Shown here piece by piece: positions 53,375 to 63,202 of a stretch of 64,000 bases of DNA. The stretch is from an uncultured Nitrospiraceae bacterium (GTDB lineage: Bacteria; Nitrospirota; Nitrospiria; Nitrospirales; Nitrospiraceae). Every line of letters begins with the position of its first letter. Position 1 is the first letter of the stretch. The translations under genes and the position numbers were made by a program. The DNA lies in NCBI GenBank assembly GCA_963846575.1, contig CAWJWJ010000002.1:32001-96000 (forward strand), read 5' to 3'. The notes under the pieces are model-generated. The model did not search any database. It had not been told where the DNA came from and saw only the letters and a list, made by a program, of their open reading frames with translations.

Positions 53375-54580
53375 ATGCACATCACGAGAAAGAAGACCAG
53401 GCAGATACAGGTCGGTTCCGTAAAGATCGGCGGGGATGCGCCCATCTCGGTTCAGTCGATGTGTTCGACCGATACGCGAGATGTCCCGGCCACGGTGGCC
53501 CAGATCCGGCAGCTGGAAGAGGCGGGCTGTGAGGTTATTCGCGTCGCCGTGCCAGATGACGCGGCGGCAGCGGTGCTTCCTCAGATCAAGGCGGCAATGA
53601 CAGTCCCGCTGATCGCTGATATCCATTTCGACCATCGCCTTGCCCTGAAAGCGGCCGAAGTCGTGGATTGTGTTCGCATCAATCCGGGGAATATCGGCGC
53701 CTGGTGGAAAGTGCAGGAGGTTATCAAGGCGGTTAATGACCGGGGCATTCCATTGCGCGTGGGAGTCAACGGCGGGTCCCTCGAGCGGCCCCTGTTGGAC
53801 AAATACGGATGGCCTTCTCCGGAAGCCCTCTCCGAATCGGCGCTGAATGCAGTCCATGCTCTGGAAGACGAGGGCTTCACTAATATGAAGGTGTCGCTCA
53901 AGGCCTCCGACGTCCACCATGCCATCGATGCCTATTATCTCTTTTCGACGCAGGCGAATTATCCCCTCCATATCGGGATCACGGAAGCCGGGACGGCGAT
54001 GACCGGAGCCGTGAAATCCGCGATCGGACTCGGGTGGCTGTTGTCGCAGGGCATTGGCGATACCCTCCGCGTGTCGCTAGCTGCGGATCCGGTGGAAGAA
54101 GTAAAAGTTGGATTTGAAATTCTGAAGTCGCTTGAGTTGCGTCATCGAGGCATCAATGTGATCGCCTGTCCCACCTGCGGGCGGGTCGAGATCGATGTGG
54201 TGAGGATGGCGAACGAGTTAGAGAAGAAACTGGGGCACATCAAGACTCCGCTCAACGTGTCCGTGCTCGGGTGCGTGGTGAACGGCATCGGAGAAGGCAA
54301 GGAAGCGGACATCGGTATTGCCGGTGGAGAGGGCAAAGGCATTCTTTTCAAGAAGGGCAAGTTGATGCGGAAGGTGCCGCTGGAAGAACTCATGGATACG
54401 CTCATTCATGAGGTTGAATTGCTCGCTCAGGAAAAGGAAGCCGAGGCCGCAGGGGCGCCTATAGAGTCGGCTGCCTCGCACGACGGCCAGGCGGAGCCAG
54501 GGTGGGAGTTGATCGGTCATGCGGCCGATGAACATTCCACGATCGTGAGGGATATTCCCGTTCTTCCGACCAAGCGATAA
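53375..54580 (+). CDS. ispG: 4-hydroxy-3-methylbut-2-en-1-yl diphosphate synthase
   Basis: VQSM, ADIHF, RINPGN, GIGDTLRVSL, CPTCGR and GCVVNG motifs. Confidence 0.97.
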   Translation: MHITRKKTRQIQVGSVKIGGDAPISVQSMCSTDTRDVPATVAQIRQLEEAGCEVIRVAVPDDAAAAVLPQIKAAMTVPLIADIHFDHRLALKAAEVVDCVRINPGNIGAWWKVQEVIKAVNDRGIPLRVGVNGGSLERPLLDKYGWPSPEALSESALNAVHALEDEGFTNMKVSLKASDVHHAIDAYYLFSTQANYPLHIGITEAGTAMTGAVKSAIGLGWLLSQGIGDTLRVSLAADPVEEVKVGFEILKSLELRHRGINVIACPTCGRVEIDVVRMANELEKKLGHIKTPLNVSVLGCVVNGIGEGKEADIGIAGGEGKGILFKKGKLMRKVPLEELMDTLIHEVELLAQEKEAEAAGAPIESAASHDGQAEPGWELIGHAADEHSTIVRDIPVLPTKR

Positions 54581-54645
54581 GGCTGATGTTCTTCGACCAC
54601 GAGTAAGACCGTGCGATTATTCCCGCATTTCTCCTCGCTTCGCGG

Positions 54646-54675
54646 TTGAGTTCCTGACGCTCCCCCTTCTATAAT
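54646..54675 (+). promoter_or_regulatory. Putative promoter of tRNA-Cys
   Basis: TTGAGT-18 bp-TATAAT ending 9 bp before the tRNA. Confidence 0.6.
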
Positions 54676-54684
54676 CCGAACCGT

Positions 54685-54760
54685 GGCGCCGTACCCAAGT
54701 GGCTAAGGGAGCAGTCTGCAAAACTGCGATGCGGCGGTTCGAACCCGCCCGGCGCCTCCA
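54685..54760 (+). tRNA. tRNA-Cys(GCA)
   Basis: Acceptor GGCGCCG/CGGCGCC, anticodon arm GCAGT-CT GCA AA-ACTGC, T-loop GTTCGAA, discriminator U and encoded CCA. Confidence 0.97.
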
Positions 54761-54951
54761 ACCATTCCGGCTGATATCTCAGAGGGTTCGGTGATTTTGA
54801 CCGGACCTTGTTCCACCCTCTGATTTTCGCTACTCCCGGTTTTACTCTCGGTTCCACTCGCACTTTTCGATGCAATCGCTCCCAAACTCGCTCGATTCAC
54901 TGTTGTTCGTAAATGAGCCGGAGAGAGATGGACATATCGCATCGTCATCGT
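54703..54951 (-). pseudogene. C-terminal remnant of a tyrosine integrase pointing at tRNA-Cys
   Basis: TMTMRYVHLSPAHLRTTVNR matches the MTxRYxHL catalytic-Tyr box. Upstream LGH and RH boxes are absent. Confidence 0.72.
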
Positions 54952-55070
54952 GAAGGGGGAATGGAAGTCTGGGCATCTAAGCAAATGACTCCACATGAAC
55001 AGAGCCAGGCGTTGACAGTACATGCGCCCACGACAATGCTACCGTAAAGCGGCGCGATTGAGATCCCTCG

Positions 55071-55295
55071 TCATTTCTTCTTACCGAGCTTCAGCAGCAC
55101 TCGTTCGAGTCGCTCTTTTACTAGTTGCTCCATAAGCGATCTAATCTTCGGATCCGTCTTGAGCACATGTTCCATGATCTGCTGCCCCATTGTGGCCGCT
55201 GAACGCAACAAGCCTTGGTCGACGGAATTACCGATCGCCTCGTAAAGATAAGTGGTGTCCCGCTTCTTGGGCATCCTTTTCTTCTTGCTCATCAC
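55071..55295 (-). CDS. Small basic hypothetical protein (74 aa)
   Basis: AGGAG RBS. Lys/Arg-rich termini and a helical core. Confidence 0.6.
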   Translation of the reverse strand: MMSKKKRMPKKRDTTYLYEAIGNSVDQGLLRSAATMGQQIMEHVLKTDPKIRSLMEQLVKERLERVLLKLGKKK

Positions 55296-55873
55296 ATCTC
55301 CTGTTCTGGAAGGTCTACGGTTGACCGAAACCCTCAGCCGGACTTACTCCCCGTGCTGATTTCGTCTCGGATATTTATGAATCGCAGTATGTCGCAACGA
55401 GAATCCCTGAGCCATCGTTTTTTTAGCGCTCGCGGAACTGGCCAGCACTCACTGTCTTTCTTGGCAGCGCGCCCAGTGGTCCCCTGACACTCTGGTTTCC
55501 CTCTGACTCTTCGGACGCACAGGCCTTCATTGATGTAGGCGCCCTGAGGGACGAAAAATTTGTGGTAATTGCTAGGCAGGTTGAGGAAGGCTCACCGTGG
55601 TGTTTAGCGCTAATCAGCGCCGTCTGTTACCACTGCTACACCTCGGTGTCTTGACTGTGCGGTCACGAGTCGGGGTACGTGGATCTGACAGGCTGCTGCA
55701 ACGGAGAGTCGCTTCACAGCAACAAGAACCCGAGGCGAGGCCCTATTCCCGTGATTGAAACGCAAGCGGGTCGCACCATGTGGGTTCAGGGAGTATTAAC
55801 ACAGGCGAGTAAGTGAGCCGGCTTGTTTCGGCTTCGAGAAATGGAAACGATTCGTAGAGCACGCCAGAATTCC

Positions 55874-56362
55874 TTACTGGTTGAGTTCCGCCATCCGCCG
55901 TTCATGCTCCTTCAACTGCCGATTTGCAGCCAGCGTGTCCGGTTCCAGGAGGCCTTGAAGGATTTCCTGTCTCAGCTGCATGAACAAGGCGCTTTGACGG
56001 GTGGAGGCAAGCTGTCTGCCTTGCAAAAGCTCCAGCCAGCGTGTGCTTGAACTCGCATAATGGCTGGTCGGTGCGGTGGTGCGCAATTCCTGGAAGGCAT
56101 TGATCGCATCCTCTCGGTTCTCGAATAGCGCGACCAAACCTCTGGTGTAGGTGAGTTCCTCGCACGTTGCGCTCTGCTGGCAGCTCGCTCTCCGCGATTC
56201 CTGGGCCCGGCTGACGACCTGCAATGCTTCTCGCTCTTTTGCATCGGCTTCAAAGTACGCGCTGCTCGGCAACGTCACGAAGTTAGACTGGGCCGAACAA
56301 CCTCCCCACAGGGCGACGAACAGTAGCCCGAGTGAGCCTTGGGCCAGTATTCTCGCATTCAT
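55874..56362 (-). CDS. Putative lipoprotein, helical with C-terminal coiled coil
   Basis: GGAGG RBS before ATG 56362. Hydrophobic signal ending WGGC. Confidence 0.72.
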   Translation of the reverse strand: MNARILAQGSLGLLFVALWGGCSAQSNFVTLPSSAYFEADAKEREALQVVSRAQESRRASCQQSATCEELTYTRGLVALFENREDAINAFQELRTTAPTSHYASSSTRWLELLQGRQLASTRQSALFMQLRQEILQGLLEPDTLAANRQLKEHERRMAELNQ

Positions 56363-56800
56363 AAATACCTCCAGGTAACGACCAGGTCGAAAAAATAAAT
56401 GTGCGCAGCCGAACGTGAACGACAACTGAATCCAGGATCTCCGACCCGCGGTCGGATGGTTTTCAGAGAAAGTCTCGAAGAAAGGGAGGTTCAAATCTCG
56501 AGAGGGAAAAGATACTTGATAACTTGCGCAAGCATCTCCTGGTGTCGAGTGGGAGCGTCAACACGGTGTCCGCCTTTCGAGCATGCCTGCGATGGGAGGG
56601 CGCAAGCCAATAAACGTGGATCGAGTGAGGGGAATATCTGCTTATGACTCTACGCGTTCCCGGCGGCAAAAGCAAAGATGGACAAGTAGGCGCGGACAGG
56701 GGTGACGTGCGCACGGCGCGGACTCACATATTCCCGCTCATGGAGAACGCCTTCCCCGACCGGCTACAGATGAGGCAAGACTTCGCTTGACGCAGTAGAG

Positions 56801-57424
56801 TTAGCGATCGAAATGGTAGGCCACGCCGAACATGAACAGATTGGCGCGGTAATCGGCGGTGATGTTGTCCCGGCTGAAGCTGAATTGCGCGAAATTGTAT
56901 TTGTATTCCACGAAAGGGGCGACATGGGGGGTGAGGTAATATTTTAGGCCGGCCAGCACGTTAAAGCTGGGGGCGAACGACGCTTCAGGTCTGAAATTGC
57001 CACCGGATATATTGCCCACATTGAGACCGATCCCGAGACCCGCGTAAGGTTCCAGTTTGTACTGGTAGCCGGTCACTCGGACCAGTGCATTAAAGGCCAG
57101 GGAATGCACGAGGAAATCTCCGCCTGGGATTGGTCCTGACAATCGCGGGTTTGAGGAAGTGGGCAATCTCTGTTGTTCAATCCCGGGTGTCGAGCGATAA
57201 GCGTCAATCTCCAAGCCAAACCAATTAAAACCGCGGTCGTTGAAGAAATGGCCGACTTTGCCTCCAAAGTACAAATCTTTATTGAGTTCGACGTTGCCCG
57301 CATCGGTCGTATTGAAGCGTGGCGCATTCAGGCCCGCCCCCACGGCGACATAATTTTCTGCCTGGCTAAGGGAGGGGATAGCCAGCAGGGCAAGAAACAA
57401 AAGTTTCATCGACCAATGAACCAT
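56801..57424 (-). CDS. Small outer-membrane beta-barrel (OmpA-like transmembrane domain)
   Basis: GGAGG RBS, signal peptide ending SQA, PYAGLGIG, FNVLAGLKYY, FVEYKY and C-terminal GVAYHF. Confidence 0.85.
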   Translation of the reverse strand: MVHWSMKLLFLALLAIPSLSQAENYVAVGAGLNAPRFNTTDAGNVELNKDLYFGGKVGHFFNDRGFNWFGLEIDAYRSTPGIEQQRLPTSSNPRLSGPIPGGDFLVHSLAFNALVRVTGYQYKLEPYAGLGIGLNVGNISGGNFRPEASFAPSFNVLAGLKYYLTPHVAPFVEYKYNFAQFSFSRDNITADYRANLFMFGVAYHFDR

Positions 57425-57518
57425 TACCTATCCTCCTAACCAATAGAAAACAGACCGAACCCCTCTCAGCATGCTACTCTAACGGGCTTCATGCGGGGTG
57501 GCAAGAGAGAAGTGTATG

Positions 57519-59747
57519 TCAGAACCGGCCACAGGAGGCCTCGCCTTGATGCAGCAACGTCGGCCTCAGACAGAACCCCCGCCAGGCAGACTGATCCCAC
57601 GACCAATTCAACAAAGCGTACTCGGTATGGGTGACGTGCCGATCGATAGTCCGTCCAAACCCGCCCAGGCGCAATGAGAACCCCGCTGGCAATAGAAAAT
57701 CCTTCAAGAGGCCGAACTCCGTAAACTCGCCGGCGTAGTATGCCGGATCGCCGCGTTCGGTGACGAACCGTTCTCCTCGCCACAACGTCACGTAAGGCCT
57801 CCAGCCGGCCAGATCCACCCCTGCCGTCAACTGATAGCCCCGTCCACGGACGATCGGGGAGCCGCTTTGCGTCGGTTCGTTTTGACTGTTCAGATAGAGA
57901 GCCATCACATCGATCTCGCGAAACCATGACAGCCCGGACCAATACCGGCCTGGCTGAAAGGTGAATTGCGGCCCGAACGCGGTCAGAAAATTGTTGCCGG
58001 CCGGACGATCGCGTGGAATGCCCGGTCCGAAGAAGGTTCGGGATTCGGAATATTGCGCGCCCCCGGAGTGAGACCAGTAGACCTGGCCATTGAAGGAGAA
58101 CATCCCTGCGCTCGCTCGCCCTGCATAGCCGACATCGAAACGCTCCGCCTTCTGAAAGGTTTCGACTTGGTTCCAGTTGATAAAGAGGTCCTGCTGGTAA
58201 TGTTCCCGGTTAACCAGGAGTTGAAAGCCTTGTTCGATGGGGCGTGAAAAAAGAGACGCATCGTTGAAGAGTGCATCCACAAAAGGATGGTTGCGTCGAA
58301 GGGTGCCGGCGATCAGGCGTAAGTCCGGCATCATCTCGTATTCGGCAGAAAGGATCGGTTGCACCGTATGAAAGTGTTGGGTGTCCGCCACCGGCAGGCC
58401 GGCGAAAAAGCCGGCGGTCAGCATGTAGCTCCGGGGTGACTCTGTACTGGAGCACTGGGGAAAGGTATTGGCCGGCAAACGTTCGATTCGAGACCGGCAA
58501 GCCATTGAGCTGCCGCAATCCCGAATAGGAAATATTGTACACGTAGGTCAGCGCGTCGAGTTTGGCGGTGAACCGGTGTTCTGATTGGGGCTCTGACCCG
58601 TCGCCGAAAGGGTGCGAGAGCGAGGTCCAGATGTTCACCAATCAGGTCTGCGTGATTGGTATCCCAGTTCCAGTTGAAAACCAAGTACTCCTGGTTGACC
58701 CACTTGAACGTGTCTCTGGTCACATAGTTGAGCCCGTCCTCGGTAAAAAAAGCGCGGATGCGGCGGGCCTGGGCGCCAAATTCAATCGAAGCCCGATCTC
58801 CCAGCCGGACTGTCTTAGAGAGGCCGATTTCCGGGAAAGTTGCTGGCTCTAAACTCCGGATCCCCCTGCTGGCTCAGAAAGTTCCGGCCTTTCCAGAAGG
58901 AGAGATAAGGCCGCCAGCCGGCCAAGTCGAGCCAAACTTGGATTTCATAGCCACGACCGCGGGAAGCGGCGGACCCATCGTCAGCCTGGTTGTAGCTCGT
59001 CAGGTACATGAACCGGACGCCGATCTGATTCCACCAGGAGGCAAAGCGGAGTGTGCGGGAAGGCTCCAGAACAATTTCCGGTCCAACGGCAACGACAAGA
59101 TTGTCGCGGGTATCGAATGATCGGTCGAGTTTGAAGAGGGCCTGCCCGTTGCGCACCCAATGGGCCTGACCGTTGAAGTGGAGAGGGCCGAATTTCAATT
59201 GTCCGGCGTAACCCACGTCGAAACGGTTCGGCGCCGAACCGCGCAATGCCTGTTCCCAGTTGATAAAGAGGTCTTGCCGATAGAACTCGGAATCCACTAG
59301 CATTTGAGCCCCTTGCTCGATCGGGCGCAGGAAGCGATTGCCGTGATAGAACACGGCGTTGTGGAAATCCTGATGCGGCACTTGCAGCGTCCCCATCACC
59401 GCACTGATTTGTTCGATCGGCTGGTAAGTCAGGCGGACGATTGGACGGACTTGTGAGACTTCGCGGTCATGGCCGAAGGGCATATTGGCGAAGACGCCGA
59501 GTTCAGCTTCCAGCGTTGGGAGCAGGCGCTTATAGATCGAAGCGTTTACCAGGTTGCCGATCAGCGTCGTGTCCCGACCCAGCCCGTTGGTGAAGGTATT
59601 GTCTTCGAGGCCCTGTTTTTCAAGATTGAGCATAAACGTTGAGACGGAGAAGCGCATGTCCATCAGGCGGGGCTGCTCGGATGTATCTGCTCCCCATGCG
59701 GGTCCCGGAATGAAGAGGATCAGGAGCAGCAACAAGATCGCTCGCAC
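57519..59747 (-). pseudogene. Frameshifted gene for a ~741-aa secreted/OM protein made of two homologous domains
   Basis: Four ORF-track pieces join into one frame after removing single bases near 58834, 58642 and 58427. The internal repeat supports the first and third joins. Could be sequencing error rather than a real pseudogene. Confidence 0.75.
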
Positions 59748-59935
59748 GGAGGGAAGATCGACCAAGAGGGGGGAAATCAAGGGAAGGGTCCTTCGATGGC
59801 GGATCTGGCTCAGTGCGAGAATAGGAAGTGGACTCACGGGTGGGGGCCGATCATAAAAGGAATGACACCATCCGTCAACACATGCGCGGGAGCATGACAT
59901 ATGAGGCGGCAGACCGTCTGTGATTTGAAAGAGCG

Positions 59936-61921
59936 ATGTGTGGAATAGCCGGGATTCTTGATCGACGAAGCGGGAATCTCCGTTCGGTGGTCGACCGGAT
60001 GGTTAAGGCTCTGCACCATCGGGGACCCGACGCATCGGGAACCTGGATCGATAAACGGAACGGGCTGGCACTTGGTCATGCGAGGCTCTCGATCATTGAC
60101 CTCTCATCCGAAGGAAACCAGCCAATGGTGTCGGCGAGCGGACGGTATGTGCTCACGTACAACGGAGAGGTGTACAACTTTCAGGAACTCCGTCGCGAAC
60201 TGGACAGACGTGGCCACAGGTTTCGAGGCCATTCTGACACCGAGGTCATGCTTGCCGCGTTTGACGACTGGGGGGTTGAAAAATCGTTAGACCGGTTCGT
60301 CGGCATGTTTGCCTTCGGCGTCTGGGACATTGAGGAACGCAAGCTTACGCTGGCTCGTGATCGACTGGGCAAAAAACCACTTTATTTTGGATGGATGAAG
60401 GGGGCCTTTCTCTTTGGGTCGGAGCTGAAAGCCATACAGGCGCATCCTGGGTTTCATGGAGAAATCAATCGGGATGTGCTCGCGCTTTATCTCCGGCATG
60501 GCTACGTCCCGGCGCCATATTGTATCTACCGTAATCTTTACCAATTGATGCCAGGGTCTGTGCTGGGGATTCCCGACGACCATGGATACCAAGGGATCGG
60601 CTTCTCGCCCTTCCCAGAATCCGAGCAGACTGCGTTGAAGCCTGCGCGTTACTGGTCGGCACGGGCTGCGGTGGAACGCGGATGCAACCAGCTGTCCCCA
60701 AGGTCTGAGCAGGAAGCGATCGAGGAACTCGAGTGCCTGTTGCGTGAAGCCGTCCGGATGCGCATGGTGGCCGACGTGCCGTTGGGCGCATTTCTGTCTG
60801 GAGGGGTGGATTCCTCGACCGTGGTAGCGCTCATGCAGGCTCAGAGCACGCAGCCAGTGAGGACCTTTACCATCGGGTACCATGAAGAGGAGTTTAATGA
60901 AGCGCGGCATGCCAAAGAAGTTGCCGCATATCTGGGGACCGACCACACCGAACTCTACGTGACGCCCCAGGACGCGATGGAGGTGATTCCTAGATTACCT
61001 CAGCTCTACGACGAACCCTTCGCCGATCCCTCTCAAATTCCCACGTTTCTGCTGTCCGAGCTCACGAGGCGGCATATCAAGGTCAGTCTATCCGGAGATG
61101 GAGGCGATGAACTCTTCGGCGGGTATACCCGGTACTTCAATGGCCAGTTGATCTGGAATAGAGTGAAAAGTATTCCTTTTCCGTTGCGCAGGGCACTGGC
61201 CCTCGGCATTCGCTCAGTGACCCCGTCGCAATGGACCGCTCTCGTACGATGCGTGACACCGTTCCTGCCCAAGCAGTTGCACATGACGCTGCCGGGAGAC
61301 AAGCTGTACAAGCTGGCTAGTTTGCTGTCCATGCCTGAGCCGGAAATGCTCTATCACCGATTGATTTCACTGTGGGACAATCCCACAGCCGTGGTCTTGG
61401 GATCCGTCGAACCGCCGATGCCGGTCAGCGATCGTACACAGTGGGCTTCGGTTCCGGGCTTGATCGAACAGATGATGTATATGGATACCGTGACCTACCT
61501 GCCGGATGACCTGCTCGTCAAAGTCGATCGGGCCAGCATGGGCGTCAGCCTCGAAGCCAGGACGCCGCTACTCGATCATCGGGTGGTCGAATTGGCCTGG
61601 CGGCTCCCCACCTCCATGAAGGTCCGAAACGGAGAAGGCAAATGGGCATTGCGCCAGGTGCTCTACAAATATGTCCCCCGCCGGCTCATTGATCGACCCA
61701 AGATGGGCTTCGGAGTCCCGATAGGCAAGTGGTTGTGCGGACCATTGCGCGCGTGGGCTGAGTCGCTGATCGGAGACCAGCGGCTTCGGGACGAAGGATT
61801 CTTTGACCCGGTTCCCATCCGAGAGCGGTGGGCCGCGCACCTCTCTGGCCAACGGGACTGGCAGTATGCTTTGTGGACGGTCTTGATGTTTCAAGCATGG
61901 CGCGAGCAGCACGCCGCCTGA
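59936..61921 (+). CDS. asnB: Asparagine synthase (glutamine-hydrolyzing)-family amidotransferase, surface-glycan-cluster type
   Basis: MCGIAG, HRGPD, RLSIIDLS, ARDRLGKKPL, LSGGVDSS, SGDGGDELFGGY and RPKMGFGVP motifs. Confidence 0.92.
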   Translation: MCGIAGILDRRSGNLRSVVDRMVKALHHRGPDASGTWIDKRNGLALGHARLSIIDLSSEGNQPMVSASGRYVLTYNGEVYNFQELRRELDRRGHRFRGHSDTEVMLAAFDDWGVEKSLDRFVGMFAFGVWDIEERKLTLARDRLGKKPLYFGWMKGAFLFGSELKAIQAHPGFHGEINRDVLALYLRHGYVPAPYCIYRNLYQLMPGSVLGIPDDHGYQGIGFSPFPESEQTALKPARYWSARAAVERGCNQLSPRSEQEAIEELECLLREAVRMRMVADVPLGAFLSGGVDSSTVVALMQAQSTQPVRTFTIGYHEEEFNEARHAKEVAAYLGTDHTELYVTPQDAMEVIPRLPQLYDEPFADPSQIPTFLLSELTRRHIKVSLSGDGGDELFGGYTRYFNGQLIWNRVKSIPFPLRRALALGIRSVTPSQWTALVRCVTPFLPKQLHMTLPGDKLYKLASLLSMPEPEMLYHRLISLWDNPTAVVLGSVEPPMPVSDRTQWASVPGLIEQMMYMDTVTYLPDDLLVKVDRASMGVSLEARTPLLDHRVVELAWRLPTSMKVRNGEGKWALRQVLYKYVPRRLIDRPKMGFGVPIGKWLCGPLRAWAESLIGDQRLRDEGFFDPVPIRERWAAHLSGQRDWQYALWTVLMFQAWREQHAA

Positions 61922-62386
61922 GCGCCTGTTGAGGCAGCCTGCGGGGGCTTCGCCACAACCAGAGGCCGTAGCGGTCTGCTTCAAAGCTGATAATAGTCGC
62001 TCCTCGTAATTCGGCGAACCCACTCGGCGATATCGATTTTGCTGACGTGCATCGAAAGAAAGCCTTGGACGCTTACCTGTCGAAGATCGAAGAGCAAGCC
62101 AATTTCGGACTCGTTCCTGCATACAACGAAACGGGTCGAGACTTTAGCTGCTCCATTAATCGTAGACCTGGGCCTCCCGGCTCTGATGACCCAGCCTCGA
62201 ATCCTATAAAACGATGATCGGCGTTCGGCGCGGCTACCGGCAGTGACGTCCTTAACACAAAACTAGACCAGCGACGGCTCGAATGATGTCCTTGTGTTGG
62301 CATCAGATCTCGCTGGAGTCGCTCCGCTCGAGGGCAGGGTATTCGGTCTCGCCGTCGTCTCAGTGAGTCAAACAAAGGCTGAAGGT

Positions 62387-63202
62387 ATGCATGTCATCTA
62401 TCAGTTCTTACTGCGCAAATGTGAGAACATGGTCTGTGAGCCGGGTGCCCGGATTCTGGATTATGGATGCGGCAATGCAGAAATAGTTATAGAAGGCCGT
62501 CGTCGGGGCCTGAAAATCTACGGCGTAGAAGCATTTTATAAGGGTAGCAACAGTAAAGCAGTGGTACAGGCAAAGTGGCTCCTGGGGGATGCAGTCAAGG
62601 AACTCGTAGAGGGTCGAATTCCTTTTCCTGATCACCATTTCGACCTGGTTCTGTCGAACCAAGTGCTTGAACACGTGTCGGATTTAAACGCAGTGCTCAG
62701 AGAGATTGACCGGGTACTTGTACCTGGGGGGGCGTTTATAAGCCTATTTCCATCAAAAGAAGTCATGAGAGAGGGTCATTGCGGAATCCCGTTTGTCCAT
62801 TGGTTCGCCAGGACGAGTCGGGTGCGATACCACTATATGTTGCTCCTTCGAAGCCTCGGTTTCGGGTATTTTACTGGCAACAAAACAAGATCCCAATGGG
62901 TGCTCGACACGCTGGATTGGTTGGACAAGTATACGGTCTACCGACCATACGGCGAGATACAGCAGATCTTTTCCAATTATTTTCCGACAGTACAGCGCAT
63001 AGAGGATGAGTACCTTGCCTATCGGCTCAGGAACAATAACTTGGCCAATCTTGCCATATTGATTAGGCATCCGATGCTCCATCATGTGGCGAGATGGCTT
63101 TATACGAAGCTTGGCGGACTCGTCTTATCGGCAAAAAGCCGGCAGGAGCCTGATTCGGCTGGTATTCCCGACAGGAACAGGCGAACCCCTTTTTCGTTAT
63201 GA
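62387..63202 (+). CDS. Class I SAM-dependent methyltransferase
   Basis: ILDYGCG, IPFPDHHFDLVLSNQVLEHV and RVLVPGG motifs. Start uncertain. Confidence 0.85.
   Translation: MHVIYQFLLRKCENMVCEPGARILDYGCGNAEIVIEGRRRGLKIYGVEAFYKGSNSKAVVQAKWLLGDAVKELVEGRIPFPDHHFDLVLSNQVLEHVSDLNAVLREIDRVLVPGGAFISLFPSKEVMREGHCGIPFVHWFARTSRVRYHYMLLLRSLGFGYFTGNKTRSQWVLDTLDWLDKYTVYRPYGEIQQIFSNYFPTVQRIEDEYLAYRLRNNNLANLAILIRHPMLHHVARWLYTKLGGLVLSAKSRQEPDSAGIPDRNRRTPFSL

Noticed and set aside
60508..60516. CCCGGCGCC as a second att copy of the tRNA-Cys 3' end
   Set aside because: Only 9 bp, inside the asnB coding sequence, and expected by chance.
61964..61975. ops/JUMPstart-like GGCCGTAGCGGT
   Set aside because: There is a mismatch in the GGCGGTAG core and no JUMPstart context.
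62183..62215. CTGATGA as a hammerhead ribozyme core
   Set aside because: No stem II followed by GAAA and no flanking stems.
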